Assembly: GCF_000372725.1 (NCBI RefSeq)
Contig: NW_005201259.1
Location: forward strand, 97,015-161,014
DNA: 64,000 nt
Direction of reading: 5' to 3'
Origin: Emiliania huxleyi CCMP1516
Taxonomy: Eukaryota
Below the pieces are notes generated by a model that was not told the origin of the DNA, ran no database searches, and saw only the letters and a list, made by a program, of their open reading frames with translations. Shown here piece by piece: positions 10,601 through 22,000 of this stretch. Position 1 is the first letter of the stretch. Each line of letters opens with the position of its first letter. Both the position numbers and the translations under genes were made by a program.

Positions 10601-12041
10601 GCCAACGCGGCTGATGCGCGGAACCGAGGGCACAAGGGACAACGGGTTGCGCGAAACCTGCTCCGCATCGTCCGAGGTTCCAAAACGAGCGCCGGAGGTG
10701 CCGGAGGCGGCGTACGCGCGCACCACGAACGTGCCAACATTGTCGGGGAGGGTCCACGTAACGCGCGCCATGCCCGACGGCGGCACCGTGAGAGCTGGCA
10801 GGATCAGCGGCGCCGTCTCGAACGCGGACCGAATGGGAATGGGGGCGTCGATCTGAATTGGCGAGGCGGTCGTGGCGCGGCTCCCTTCAGACACTCCTTT
10901 CTCCCCCACGCGTGTGGTGCGCGTGGTGCTGAGAGGCGCTTGGCTGTCCTCGGCCAAGTCCATGAAGGCGCTGGCAAACATCGGTTCGCCTCCTGCTTCG
11001 ACTCTGCTGTGCAAGTGAGCGGGATCGAACGCGGGCTCTCGGGACACCGGCGGGTCGGTGACCCAGACCCGGCTGTGCCGGTCGAGGAATGCGTCGGCAG
11101 CGAGGTCAAAGGCGTCCGAGACGCCTGGCGCGATCGGCCACTGGCTGTGGTGGTACGAGCCAAAGCACCACTCATCCTTGTCATTCAGAGAGATGATCCG
11201 CGCCTGATCACCGCAAGAGATGTCAGCACGTCGTGGCTGTGTTGCTAAAATATTATCACGCGCCTTGCTCCGCTCGTAGGCAGCCCCGCCGATCATCCTG
11301 TCGGCGTTGGAGACGATAGAGAGCCGGCGCGGCCTGAGCTGCAGCTCAAACTCCCCGAGTAGGTCCGTGGGCGGATGGGGCGCCACGTCGAGGAAGGCGC
11401 GGTCCACCACGAAGACGGCGACCTCGCCCGCTGCCGGATTCCCGGACGCGTCCGTGAGCGTCACGGTTAAACCGGCCTCCGAGCCCGGGGCGAGCACCGG
11501 CACGTCAAGCTGCACTGTCACACTCAGCTTCCGTGAGTCATCAATCACGTCCAGCGCATGCTGGCTCACGATGCGCCGCGGCAGTCTCGAATCGAAGAGG
11601 ACCGAGGTGGCCAAGTCCACCGGCAGCGCGGGCGAAGCCTCAGGCTGGGCCGGGCTTGAGACGACGATGGTGGCGCGGCAGCCGCCGAAGCACTCGTCGC
11701 CAATGGGCAGCTGGAGCGTCTGCGGCCCCGTGGCGAGTCGGCCAGGACTCACAGGGATCGAAGCGAGCGACGAGCGTCGTCACCCACCGAAACGTGCCAC
11801 ACATTGGCGGCAGCGCAGCCGCGCCCGCGCTCTGCCGCATCGTTATGGCAAAGGGCACCTTGTCCTCCGGGAGCGGAGCACCAATGTCTCCCCCCAATGG
11901 GATGACTGCCCGATTGAAGGTGACGGTGATTGCATCTGTGTCTGAGATGAACGCGCCGCGTGGAGTGAAGCCGACCAGTCTGAGCTCGAGCTCTGGCATG
12001 AACGCCAGAGCCGAGACCAGCAGCAGCAGCATCGGAGTCAT
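7661..12041 (-). CDS. Bacterial-type alpha-2-macroglobulin family protein with signal peptide, EGF, EF-hand-like loop and C-terminal TM; frame break near 11738 (possible pseudogene)
   Basis: Signal MTPMLLLLVSALA; Ig-like ITVTFNRAVIPLG...GTFRWVTT; LTVTLTDASGNPAAGEVAVFVVD; IRSAFETAPL...VTWTLPDNVGTFVVRAYA; VPRISRVGDHFSCGV; WLPAGLEPLDP...AVTSGVFVRPPAQA; EGF CSGNGVCDVVSGACVCSGDFVGDDC; DTDGDGSLDGDE; TM VVAAIAVGAIVGIGAIGVLLW. Likely in-frame GC-AG intron at 11204-11263. Confidence 0.8.
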
Positions 12042-12120
12042 ATTGAGCGGGGCCGTATCCACCGAAACGAGAGTCGAGGCGCTCGCTCAAAAAAAGTACA
12101 TGTAGGCCCCCGCCGAGCGT

Positions 12121-12315
12121 GGAATAGGACCGCCGCAAGCGGCGTGGCGTGGAGCGGTTGAGCGTCCCTCCGGGGGCCCCTCTGCGCCGGGGAGGCGTTG
12201 TTGGCGGCTAGGACGCAAGCGTCCGTCGCCGTTTTCAAACTCGGGGCCCACTCCGCTACGCTCCGACCCGAATTTGGCGGCCATGAAATTTAAGGTGTTG
12301 CTGCGCAAAAGGGGT
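12121..12315. repeat. ~195-bp dispersed repeat, copy 1
   Basis: Matches 17498-17689 (inverted), 32832-33027 and partial 46741-46828. Confidence 0.9.
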
Positions 12316-13272
12316 GGCGCGCGGGCGCGCGCGTGTGGGCGTCGAGCGCGGAGCTGCAAACACAATGACGTCGGAAAGCTCTGCATCAAGTATACAGTAG
12401 GCTCTAAGCACGGAACCAGAGCAAATACCTCCCATCATCCTCCCTTGCTCTCTGTTTTTTCTTTCTTTCCTTCTCTCTCCTTCTTGCCTTGAAGCGAGTT
12501 TCACACACTAACGCACGCTGTCTTTTTCCTTTTTTTCACACGTTCTTCTTCGGAGGAACTGCCGAAGCGCCCCCGACTTGGAGGAAGTCCAGTACGCCCC
12601 TCCCGCAAGTGATTAGTACTCTCGGCCACGGGAGTGACGGCCAGGGACCGCCATTGAAGACGCCGTGTCGATGAGCTTCTAACTCGGATCGCGTTCTCGA
12701 GATACAGCTTGAGATGTGCGAGTTGGAGTGGGCTCACGGAGTCGGCGCCGCCGCTCGGCGCTCTTCTGCTGGTTTGGCGACGCCGAAGACGTCGTCCGAG
12801 AAGCGCGAGTCCGGACGCAGCGATCCAATGATGGAGAAGCCTCCTCGGGCCTCGAGCGACGCCTTTTGGGGGGAGGGGCATACGCTCACGCCGTGTGCAG
12901 CAAGGCTCCCTCCTCGCGCGCGCGCCTCGCTGGTGTTTGCGAGCTGCTGCTCGTCCAGACAGAGGCTGCCTCCACTCCTGAGCTGCTCAGGCCTGGTCAA
13001 GGCCATCCACCAGCATGCTCTGGGAGCGCGGATGCACACCAGCTCGCGCTGCTGGACCCACGGTGGCTGCCTTCGCCCACCGGCAGCGCCGGTGCGACGA
13101 CATGCTGGCGGCGGTCTTCCACAAACTACTGTCAGGCGAGTGCACGACGAGATATGACCATGGGCGCTCGCATGTGTGCTCAGGGCACCTCAGGGCTGCT
13201 GCGTGACGCGTGGCTCGGCCGTCCGCGAGCGCTTGTGAATTTTCTGTGATTTTTTGTACGGGGTGTGGAGGG

Positions 13273-13745
13273 TGAGTTGACCACGGGTTGTGCGCTGGGC
13301 CCTCCTGCTCGGCTCCAGCGAGTAGACAAGTGTTGTCATCAGCAGAGGAGATGGATCTGACCTCAGGGCCGATGTGGCCATCTGACCAAGCGCTGGTAGC
13401 GTGGTTTTACCTCACACCCAGTCTCACAGTGTGCCGGCAGTCGCCGAGCAGTGTCGCTCACACAAGCCGCAGCACAAGTGACTGAGGGCCAGTGAGGGCG
13501 AGCCCATCGCTGTCACAGCTGTGGCAGCCGCACAGTAGGCTGTGTCAACTGTGCAGAGTGTGTGAGCAGCAGAGGAGCTGCACTCCAGGCTTCAGGCGCA
13601 AAGAGATGCATGCCGCCGAAGGCGCTGTCGAGGTTCGCTCGGCGCGGCGCAGGTTGAGGGAAGCCGCCACCGACGAGCGCGTTGGAGTATTCACTCCGGA
13701 CAAAGACGGCGGCACGCACACGAGGCACGAGCTGCGGCCGTGCCG
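13273..13745. repeat. ~480-bp dispersed repeat, copy 1
   Basis: Reverse complement of 22532-23017 with scattered differences. Confidence 0.9.
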
Positions 13746-13922
13746 CCGTCAAGCGTCATGAGCGGCGAGGCGCGGGACCGTCTGTGGCGAGGTGGGTCGC
13801 GTCCCTCGATTTCCGTCAACTCAGCATCCACACCCTCTACTAACGAAATCACTTGCAGGAGTTCGTAGTCCAATATATGCGCATAAGAACGCAGGACCAG
13901 CGTCACCGTCGGACTGCTGGCG

Positions 13923-16010
13923 TCAAGACTCCGCCTCTGGCCACGCGAACCGGACCAGCACCGCTGTGACGTTGTCGCGCGCGTTGCGCTCCTGCACCGC
14001 GACTCGGACGAGCTCGCGCAGCACGCCCTCCTCGGTCGCCGCCTCCCTCTCCTTGAGCAGCGATGCGTGAGCCTCTCGGGTCAGCGCGGCGACTGCCGTC
14101 GCCGAGCCGAGCTGGGCCACCAGCGCCGCCCGCCGCCGGTCCATGTCGCACAGCTTCGGCCGAAGCCACTCGACCGCCTGCACGCCCGAGAAGACGCGCC
14201 ACAAGCCGTCGCAGGCGAGCAGGATGAACTCCGTCTCGCGGCCGATCTTGAAAGAGACGACGTCGGGCGTGGCGATCAGCCCAAAAGGCTTGAGCCGCAC
14301 GTCTCCAAAGGCGCGAGAGACCTCGAGCGAGCCTAGAGCGTACGAGAGGGCGTGAGGGTGTGAGGACAGCCTCGAGCACGGCACTGGCGTCTCGCGGGAA
14401 GACACGCGGCTATCCGACTCCGCATCTAGCTCGCGCGAGCCGCACAGGCGCCCGCCCTCGACGTGACCGCCGGCCGCCACGATCCGCTTGCGCTCGGCCG
14501 CGTCGAGCGGCGAGTGGTCGCCCTTGGAGAGCGGAACGGTGCGGGCGGGCCCGCTGCCCGCGACCACGCAAGCATACGCCCTCGAGTCGCCTGGCGGGGG
14601 CACCGGAGAGAGAAGGGGAGGGAAGTGGGGGAGGAGGGCGAGGAGGCGGGGAGGCGGAGGAAGAGGCGGAGGAAGCGGCGGGAGGTTGAGGCGGAGGAGG
14701 CGGAGGCAGAGGAAATGGCGATGGAGGGGCCCCGCGCCCAGGTTTGCAACGTACGCGCGCGGAGGAGCCGCGTCGAGCTCCAAAAGGGCGGCGGTCGCGC
14801 AGCAGCCGTCGCACCACCCCTGCTCGGTGGCGGCGAGGACGAGTTCGGAGTCGCACGCGACGAAGGCCCTGCGCAGCGCCTCCTTGACTGGAGCGGACGC
14901 GGCGGGCTGCTCGCACAGCAGCTCCGGCAGCCGGCGCGACACCCACTCGGCGACATCTCGGCCTCCGTGCCCGTCGAGTACTCCGTACAGGGCCCTCCCC
15001 TCCTTGAGCGAGTCGAGCAGCAGTGGCACGTCCTCGTTCTGGGTCTTGCGGCCCTTGGACGAGGCGCACGCCGCCACGACGCGCAGGCGGCTGGGCGCGC
15101 CGCCGCCGCCGGAGTCGTGGCCACTCTCTCTCACAGTCTTGCCGCCGACCCTCTCCTCGCCGCTCCTCCCCGCCCCGCCCGCCGCCGCCCGGCCACCCGC
15201 CGCCGCCCCGCCCGCCTCTGCCGCGCCCGTCACGGCCTCCGGCGAGCGCGGGCGCTTCGCCCCGCCACTCGGCACGCGCTCGCCGCCTCCGGCGCTGCGC
15301 GCCCTCCCCGCCACGCGCACTCGCATCTCCCACCCGACGAGCGCCTTTTCGAAGCCGGGGTTGGGCCGGCAGCACGGGCGCGCCTCGGTGAGGAGTCGCA
15401 GGGCGCAGCGCACGGAGAGGGCGTGCTCCTCCATCAGGTACGCGGCGGCGAGGGTGGCTGAGCGGGAGACGCCCGCGTGGCAGTGCACCAGCACACAGCC
15501 GCCCGCCCCGATCGCCTCGCGGATAAAGTCGACGCCGCGCCGGAGGAGCGGCTCAATGTTGAAGTCGGCGCGGTCCTCCGCCGGAAGCTGGAGATGCTGG
15601 CGGCGACCGGGCGGCGGCGGCGGCTCGCGCACCCAGCTCTGCCCGTCGAGCGCGGACGACTTCCGCCTCCACCCGCCGGTCGTGTCTAGTACTGCGGTGA
15701 CGCCGTGCAGCTCGAGCCAAGCGTCACTCTCGGCCGCCATGAGTGGCCCGAGGTAGAGGCCGGGAACGATGAGCTGCGCAGTGTGCTCGTCGAACGGCTC
15801 TCGCGCCGCGGTGAGGCGTCCGAGCTCTTCATCGCAGCCGCTGGCTTTGCATGCTGCGGTGAGCGCCGCCACCGCATCGGCCGCCGCAGGCGTGCCCAGC
15901 GCCGCCCGGAGCGCAGCTAGAGACGCCTCGAGGCCCGAGGCGCGACGCGCGAGCGCGGCGGCGGCAAAGTAGAGGCGGATGTGCTCAGATGAGACCGCGG
16001 CGCGCCACAT
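13923..16010 (-). CDS. Fusion of a dual-specificity phosphatase and a PP2C (ILKAP-like) phosphatase
   Basis: DSP: IVPGLYLG, VLVHCHAGVSRSA, RPNPGF. PP2C: GRKTQNED, LDGHGG, ANLG/DSRA, DHSP, G/SLEVSRAFGD, LACDGLW, DNVT. Two in-frame GC-AG introns at 14591-14737 and 14333-14440 restore the split motifs. Confidence 0.9.
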   Translation of the reverse strand: MWRAAVSSEHIRLYFAAAALARRASGLEASLAALRAALGTPAAADAVAALTAACKASGCDEELGRLTAAREPFDEHTAQLIVPGLYLGPLMAAESDAWLELHGVTAVLDTTGGWRRKSSALDGQSWVREPPPPPGRRQHLQLPAEDRADFNIEPLLRRGVDFIREAIGAGGCVLVHCHAGVSRSATLAAAYLMEEHALSVRCALRLLTEARPCCRPNPGFEKALVGWEMRVRVAGRARSAGGGERVPSGGAKRPRSPEAVTGAAEAGGAAAGGRAAAGGAGRSGEERVGGKTVRESGHDSGGGGAPSRLRVVAACASSKGRKTQNEDVPLLLDSLKEGRALYGVLDGHGGRDVAEWVSRRLPELLCEQPAASAPVKEALRRAFVACDSELVLAATEQGWCDGCCATAALLELDAAPPRAYVANLGAGPLHRHFLCLRLLRLNLPPLPPPLPPPPRLLALLPHFPPLLSPVPPPGDSRAYACVVAGSGPARTVPLSKGDHSPLDAAERKRIVAAGGHVEGGRLCGSRELDAESDSRVSSRETPVPCSRLSSHPHALSYALGSLEVSRAFGDVRLKPFGLIATPDVVSFKIGRETEFILLACDGLWRVFSGVQAVEWLRPKLCDMDRRRAALVAQLGSATAVAALTREAHASLLKEREAATEEGVLRELVRVAVQERNARDNVTAVLVRFAWPEAES

Positions 16011-17171
16011 ACACACACACACAGGTTGTGTTCTCTAGGCCCTGGACTGGGTGGGTGAAGGGCGGCGCGTACCGGTACCTAGCGAGTAGAGGCCCCGCCC
16101 ACCCAGGGTACCCTCTCGAGGGACCCATTGGGTAGCTTTTTCGAGGACTCGCCGGGGCTCTGCTCCAAGAGACCTCGGGAGACCGTGCGTGTGCCTCTAC
16201 TCGCCAGGGCGCGTACATTATGTCGAAGGGGAAAAGAGAAAATTTGGCCCTCGAAGCTTGGCAGAGAGAGGTTTTCATTAACCAACAAGAAATTTCTCTC
16301 TCTTGGCAGTCACTTGGCTGAGATGGTGGCGAGGCTAGAAGACAAAAAAGAAACCAATTAACAAAAAATCGTGAACGTGGGAGGACCCCGTGTTGCATGT
16401 CACTGTCATCTCTCACTGTGCGATTTCGAGAGAGATTTTTAGCAATACATGTAACCAAACAACTCTAACACTCACACGTCATTTGGGGCCTGGAGCCCTG
16501 TTCACGCGCGCGCTAGACGTGCAGACAGGGTTGCCAGGTGAGAGCGAATGGCGCGGTTCACGCCTCGCACAACAGAGAGAGAGATGCGCTCTGCATGGTG
16601 GGACATAAAAGAGAGCGAGTACTTGGGCGAGTAGGCCGTGCGTAGGCCGTTGTTTTGTTTTTGCGATTTCGGGGCCCGGGGTTGTGCGTTTACGTGAACG
16701 CGCACCGCCTCGCGCTCGGGATCTAAAATTCGGATCGCTCCTCAAGATCGCAAACCCTGTCAGCAGTTCACCTACGGGTATGTTCGTAAGAGCTACATAC
16801 ACTGAAAAATCTTCTGCTGACAAGGGAGAGCCAGTGTGAAGACGCTCTGTGTGAGGCGACCAGTCAGCCACCGGCACAGCATTGCCATTGGGTGCCTGCA
16901 TGTCGCCGGGACTGCGGCGCTTGAGTGTCATCGCGTAGCGGTGCGGAGGCAGGCCGTGTGCGCCTTTTCGTACGAGGACCGCAATCGCAAGTTCGTCGGG
17001 GAAGGAGAAAACATCCAAGTGCCCCAAGTGCTCCAAAGCCGTTTGAACCCCGCCCAGGCTGCTCTAGGAGCCTCTCCCATTGCGGCCCGACTGGGGCCGA
17101 GTCCGCGGGGCTCGCACGGTGCACGGGCCGGCCGCGAGAGCACGTACTGTGCGCGCGCCCGCGCGCGGGGC

Positions 17172-17221
17172 GAGTGACTTCGAGAAGTCACTAAGATCTA
17201 AGTGACTTCTTGAAGTCACTC
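17172..17221. repeat. 50-bp nested palindrome
   Basis: GAGTGACTTC-GA-GAAGTCACT-AAGATCTA-AGTGACTTC-TT-GAAGTCACTC. Confidence 0.9.
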
Positions 17222-17362
17222 CTAGAGATAGAGACCTACACAAGCAAGCACAGACGTCTTCTTCACACAAAAACACAACCCCCCGGGCCGACGGCGCGGC
17301 GCGCAAGCCGACCTCAAGAGTTGGAGGGCGACCGCCACTACTCGGCGTCCCAGCAACGGCGC

Positions 17363-17497
17363 ATGCCGGGCAGCAGCGCTACGCTCGTCCCCGAGACCGG
17401 GGATCCGGGGTGCAGCGCGACTGGGAGGAGCGAGAGTTTGCGCAGTCCATCCAGCTTGGCATCAAGTCGCTCGCGCAGTTCCTGAACGAGTTTGATC
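17363..17497 (+). pseudogene. BRK1: BRICK1/HSPC300 (SCAR/WAVE subunit) fragment, frameshifted and truncated by a repeat
   Basis: VQRDWEEREFAQSIQLGIKSLAQFLNEFD matches the BRK1 core; ATG at 17363 is out of frame, and the repeat begins directly after FD. Confidence 0.75.
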
Positions 17498-17689
17498 TGC
17501 GCAGCAACACCTTAATTAAACTTCAATGGCCCTCCAAATTCGGGTCGGAGCGTAGCGGAGTGGGCCCCGAGTTTGAAAAAGGCGACGGACGCTTGCGTCC
17601 TAGCCTCCAACAACGCCTCCCCGGCGCAGAGGGCCCCCGGAGGGATGCTCAACCGCCCCACGCCACGCCGCTTGCGGCGGTCCTATTCC
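17498..17689. repeat. ~195-bp dispersed repeat, copy 2 (inverted)
   Basis: Reverse complement of 12121-12308. Confidence 0.9.
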
Positions 17690-17990
17690 CAGCGCGCGGG
17701 CTTCTTATTGTGTGAAGACGACGATGTCCACTACGAAGTCAAGGTGCCTAGCGCGCCCTCACAAAGACGAGGCAGGCTGGGCAGGGCTCGGCGGCACACG
17801 GCGGATGCTGTGCGTCACTGGGCCACAAATTTGGTTTCGGCAGCACCCTCGACCAAACCTTGCTCAAGGTTCTTGGGTGCAAAGAGCGCGGCCACAAGTC
17901 ACAGGGCCCGCTCGTCCATGCGACCGGCAAAGGCTGGGTCAAAGAGCACAAGGGACAGTAGTACGACGCGCTCCATGTCAAGAACGGAAT

Positions 17991-18667
17991 GAGGGCCCAA
18001 CAGCGAGAATCGTGCTTTCAGTGGGGTGGTTTGGGTTGGGTTGGTTGGGGGTTGGGTTGTTCCGCGTGAGGTTGGGTCGTCGGCGCGAAGGGTGAGGTCT
18101 CGACCGCCGCCGCTCACGCCAGCGGACGGCCACCATCGGTGTTTTTGGCTTCGCCACCGTCCAAAGCGTGCGCGATGCGCTTCGCCGGCATCGAGCGACC
18201 ACGCCTGTCCGCGAGCGGCTTGCTGTGTGGACGCCTTCTTGTGGCTCTCGTCGAGAGCGTTTTGCGTCCCGGCGGGTGGGAGAGCATGTGTCGTCTGATG
18301 AGTCGATGAGTGGGTCACATCGATGTGGATAACAAGCACGGTCGATCCGTGGAAGCGATACACTCGTTCCTATCACATGCTCTCCCACCCGCCGGGACGC
18401 AAATGGCTCTCGACGAGAGCCACAAGAAGGCGTCCACACAGCAAGCCACTCGTCGGACAGGCGTGCTCGCTCGATGCCGGCGAGCGCATTGCGCACGCTT
18501 TGGACGGTGGCGAAGCCAGAAACACCGATGGTGGCCGTCCGCTGGCGTGAGCGGCGGCGGTCGAGACCTCACCCTTCGCGCCGACGACCCAACCTTACGC
18601 GGAACAACCCAACCCAGGCCCACAACCCAACCCAACCCAAAAAGCACGATTCTCCTGTTGGGCCCTC
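17991..18667. mobile_element. Complete foldback/MITE-like DNA element with ~300-bp TIRs and a 5-bp TSD (GGAAT)
   Basis: Ends GAGGGCCCAACAG and CTGTTGGGCCCTC; arms 17991-18290 and 18374-18667; GGAAT at 17986-17990 and 18668-18672. Confidence 0.9.
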
Positions 18668-19040
18668 GGAATCGTCAAAATTTGTCTCGTCGAAAGCCAG
18701 GGCGGCATTCCGCCGCCGACCAAGAGAATCATCTTCAACTTCGCCAAAGACGTCGGCAGCCCGAGCGCCGTCGACCGCACCGACTACGGCACAGCCTCCG
18801 GCAGCGCCCGGGGCTTCGCCCAGCACCACTCGCAACAGCTCTCGCGCGCCGCCGTCTGTGGCGACGCGCAAAACATCACCAACGCTGCTCGCAACATGCG
18901 TGTCGCGCACTCATTCATGACCGGTAGCGCACAGCGCCGAGAGGTATTTTCTTCTCAATAACAAGGCTGTGAAGACGCCCTTGTGTGTGAGGCGGCGTGC
19001 AGTAAGTACAGAGACTTGTGCACAGCCCGGTCTCTTCGCT

Positions 19041-22000
19041 ATGACTCTCAAGTATGAGGACCCTCCCAAGATTTGCTGCCTGGGCGCGGGGTACGTGGGC
19101 GGTCCGACCATGACGGTGATGGCCAAGAAGTGCCCCGAGATCAAGGTGACCGTCTGCGATCTCAACGAGCGGCGGATCGCCGCCTGGAACTCTTCGGTGT
19201 GCTTTGCTTCCTCACTGCTCCCTCCTCGCCGCGGAGCCGAGCGGTCCTCCTCGTCCGACCGCCCTCGCGCCTCCCGCAAACACCTCACGCCCGCACGCCA
19301 CGCCACCCACACTCAAGCTCACTGCGCGCCTCTCCACGCCGTGCAGGCGCTGCCGATCTATGAGCCGGGGCTGCAGGAGGTTGTGGAGGAGGCGCGCGGG
19401 CGCAACCTCTTCTTCTCCACCGACATTGAGAGCGCCATCCGCGAGTGCACCATCATCTTCGTCTCCGTGCCCACGCCCACCAAAAAGTCCGGCATCGGCG
19501 CGGGAGAGGCGCGCTGCACGTCCCTCATACCGCAGCCCCGAGCGACCGGCCCGAACGCACGCTCCGACGACGGGCGCCGCGTGAGCCCTGCTGTGCGGCG
19601 GCTTGCTGGAGCCGCGAGCTCGCTGACGGCACAGCGTCTGAACACACCGTCAGCGTCTGAACACACCGTCGCCCGGGACGGGCCCACTGCACGCCGCGTC
19701 CTCGCCGCGTGCCTCGTCGCCTCTAGCTGCGCCTCGGCCAGGCGTGGTCACGTCCCCCTCCCCGTCGTCGCTTCAGGCGGCAGACCTCACCTACTGGGAG
19801 CTCGCGGCGCGCCAAATCGCGGCGGTGTGCAACGCCTCGGAAAACAAGGCGCTGCCCTCGCCGCCGCTGCCCTCGCCGCCGCTGCCCTCGCCGCCGCTGC
19901 CCTCGCCGCCGCTGCCCTCGCCGCCGCTGCCCTCGCCGCCGCTAGCCTCGCCGCCGCCGCCCGCCACCGCTGCCCACTGCCGCTGCCCACCGCCACACAG
20001 ATGCCGAAGATAATCGTCGAAAAGTCGACGGTGCCCGTCAAGACGGCGGACGCGATGGCGGCCGTCATGGCGGCCGCGTGCAAGGGTACCGACTTCCAAG
20101 TGCTGTCCAACCCGGAGTTCCTTGCCGAGGGTGCGTGGCCCAGGACACACGTCCCAAACATGTCCTGCCGACACCGTCCTCTTGCACACCCCAGACACGT
20201 CCTGCCGACACGTCTTCGAATACGTCTACCCCCCCCCCCCTCCCCCCCCCCTCCCCCTCACGCGCCTCCAAGACCTCTCCTCCCAGATCTGCTCTCCCCA
20301 GTCCTCCTCTCCCAGAGTGGGGCGTCTAGCTGGGGGCGTCCGTGCGGCGGGTCGGCCTCCCTCCGGCTCTGCGAGGGGGCGCGTGGACGGTTCGGCGCGA
20401 GACCGCGCCTCCTCCTGCCCCAGGCACCGCCATCGACGACCTCTTCAAGCCGGACCGCGTGCTGGTCGGCGGGCCGCAGACGCCGCAGGGGCTCGCCGCC
20501 ATCGAGTGCCTCGCAAATGTGTACCGCAAATGGGTGCGCGACGCCGCTGCTCGCACCCCACCGCCGCGCTCCCCGCTCCCTCCCTTGCGTCCCACCCGGG
20601 CATTCCACCCACGCTTGCACCGCACCCGCGCCTTGCGCAGGTGCCGACGGAGCGCGTGCTCACTACCAACCTCTGGTCCGGCGGCCTAGATGGGCAGATG
20701 GTGCGGGAGGGGCGTGACTCACCCGCGCCGCCTCGGAGCCCGCCCTGCGCCGCCCTCTCACAGCGCAGCGTCCATTCGCGTCCACACGCCCGCGCGCGGC
20801 TCTCGCGACCCGACGGCCTACGACTGTTGCGCGGGCAGCAGGCAGCTCCGCTTGCCGCTCACCCCCCCCCCCCCCCCTCCTCCCTTCCCTCCCCCTCTCC
20901 GCCAGGTCGGCGGAGCTGTCCAAGCTGACAGCGAACGCCTTCCTCGCCCAGCGCATCTCGTCTATCAACTCCATCTCCGCGCTGTGCGAGGTGACGGGCG
21001 CCGACGTGTCGGAGGTCGGGCACGCGATCGGGGTGCGGAACACTCCCCTCTGCATTCCAACTAGCACGCGAGCATGCACGCGGCTGTACTCGTATCCACG
21101 CCTCAGTGCTGTACGCGTTGCGCCGAGTACTCTGCACGGTCTCCGCCGTGTCTACTTTAGGTCGACAGCCGCATCGGCCCAAAGTTCTTCAAGGCCTCTG
21201 TCGGCTTCGGAGGCCTGCACGCTGCCCAGCGGCGGCCGGCCTCGCAGCCCCCAGCGCCCGCACCACGCACCTGACTTGCGCTCGTGCACGTGTGGCCGCA
21301 GGCTCGTGCTTCCAGAAGGACATCCTCAACCTCGTCTACCTATGCCGCTCCTTCGGGCTGCCGGAGGTGGCCGAGTACTGGCACCAGGTCATCGTCATGA
21401 ACGACTGGCAGAAGCGGCGCTTCGCGAACGCGATGGTGCGGCCGCCGTGTGGCGCACGGGCGGGCTGTGCTCACACGCGCCTCTTCACACGCCGCCGCCG
21501 CGAGCAGGTTGCGACCATGTTCAACACCGTCTCTGGCAAGCGGATCGCCATCCTCGGCTTCGCCTTCAAGAAGGACACCGGCGACACGCGCGAGTCGCCC
21601 GCGATCGACGTCTGCAAGGCCCTCTCCGAGGAGCGCGCCAAGCTCGCCATCTACGACCCGAAGGTGAGCCAAGATCGCCCGAGATCGCCCGAGATCGCCC
21701 GAGATTTTGACCCAAGGGCGAGCCGTGGCATTGTGCCGCCGGGGAGATTGGAGGTGTGTCCGTATCACGTCTCCGCGTCCCGCTCCGCAGGTGAGCCGGG
21801 AGCAGTACTATGAGGACCTCGGCAAGGAGGCGATGGAGAAGATCGAGATCGACGAAGACCCGTGCGCCGCGCCCGCCCAGTCAATCTCCCTTCCCCTCTT
21901 CCGCCCCCGCCTCCCCCGCTCGCCCCGCCCTCCCCGCCCGCTCCCCGCCCACCCAACGCGCCTCCGCGGTGCGTGCAGGTACGTCGCGTGCGCGGGCGCG

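Noticed and set aside
12230..12262. Pol III A and B boxes in the 195-bp repeat (tRNA-derived SINE)
   Set aside because: An A-box-like TAGCGGAGTGG is present, but the B-box-like motif is degenerate and only about 6 nt away; no cloverleaf.
18295..18345. Hammerhead ribozyme core at CTGATGA
   Set aside because: No matching GAAA or stem II downstream.
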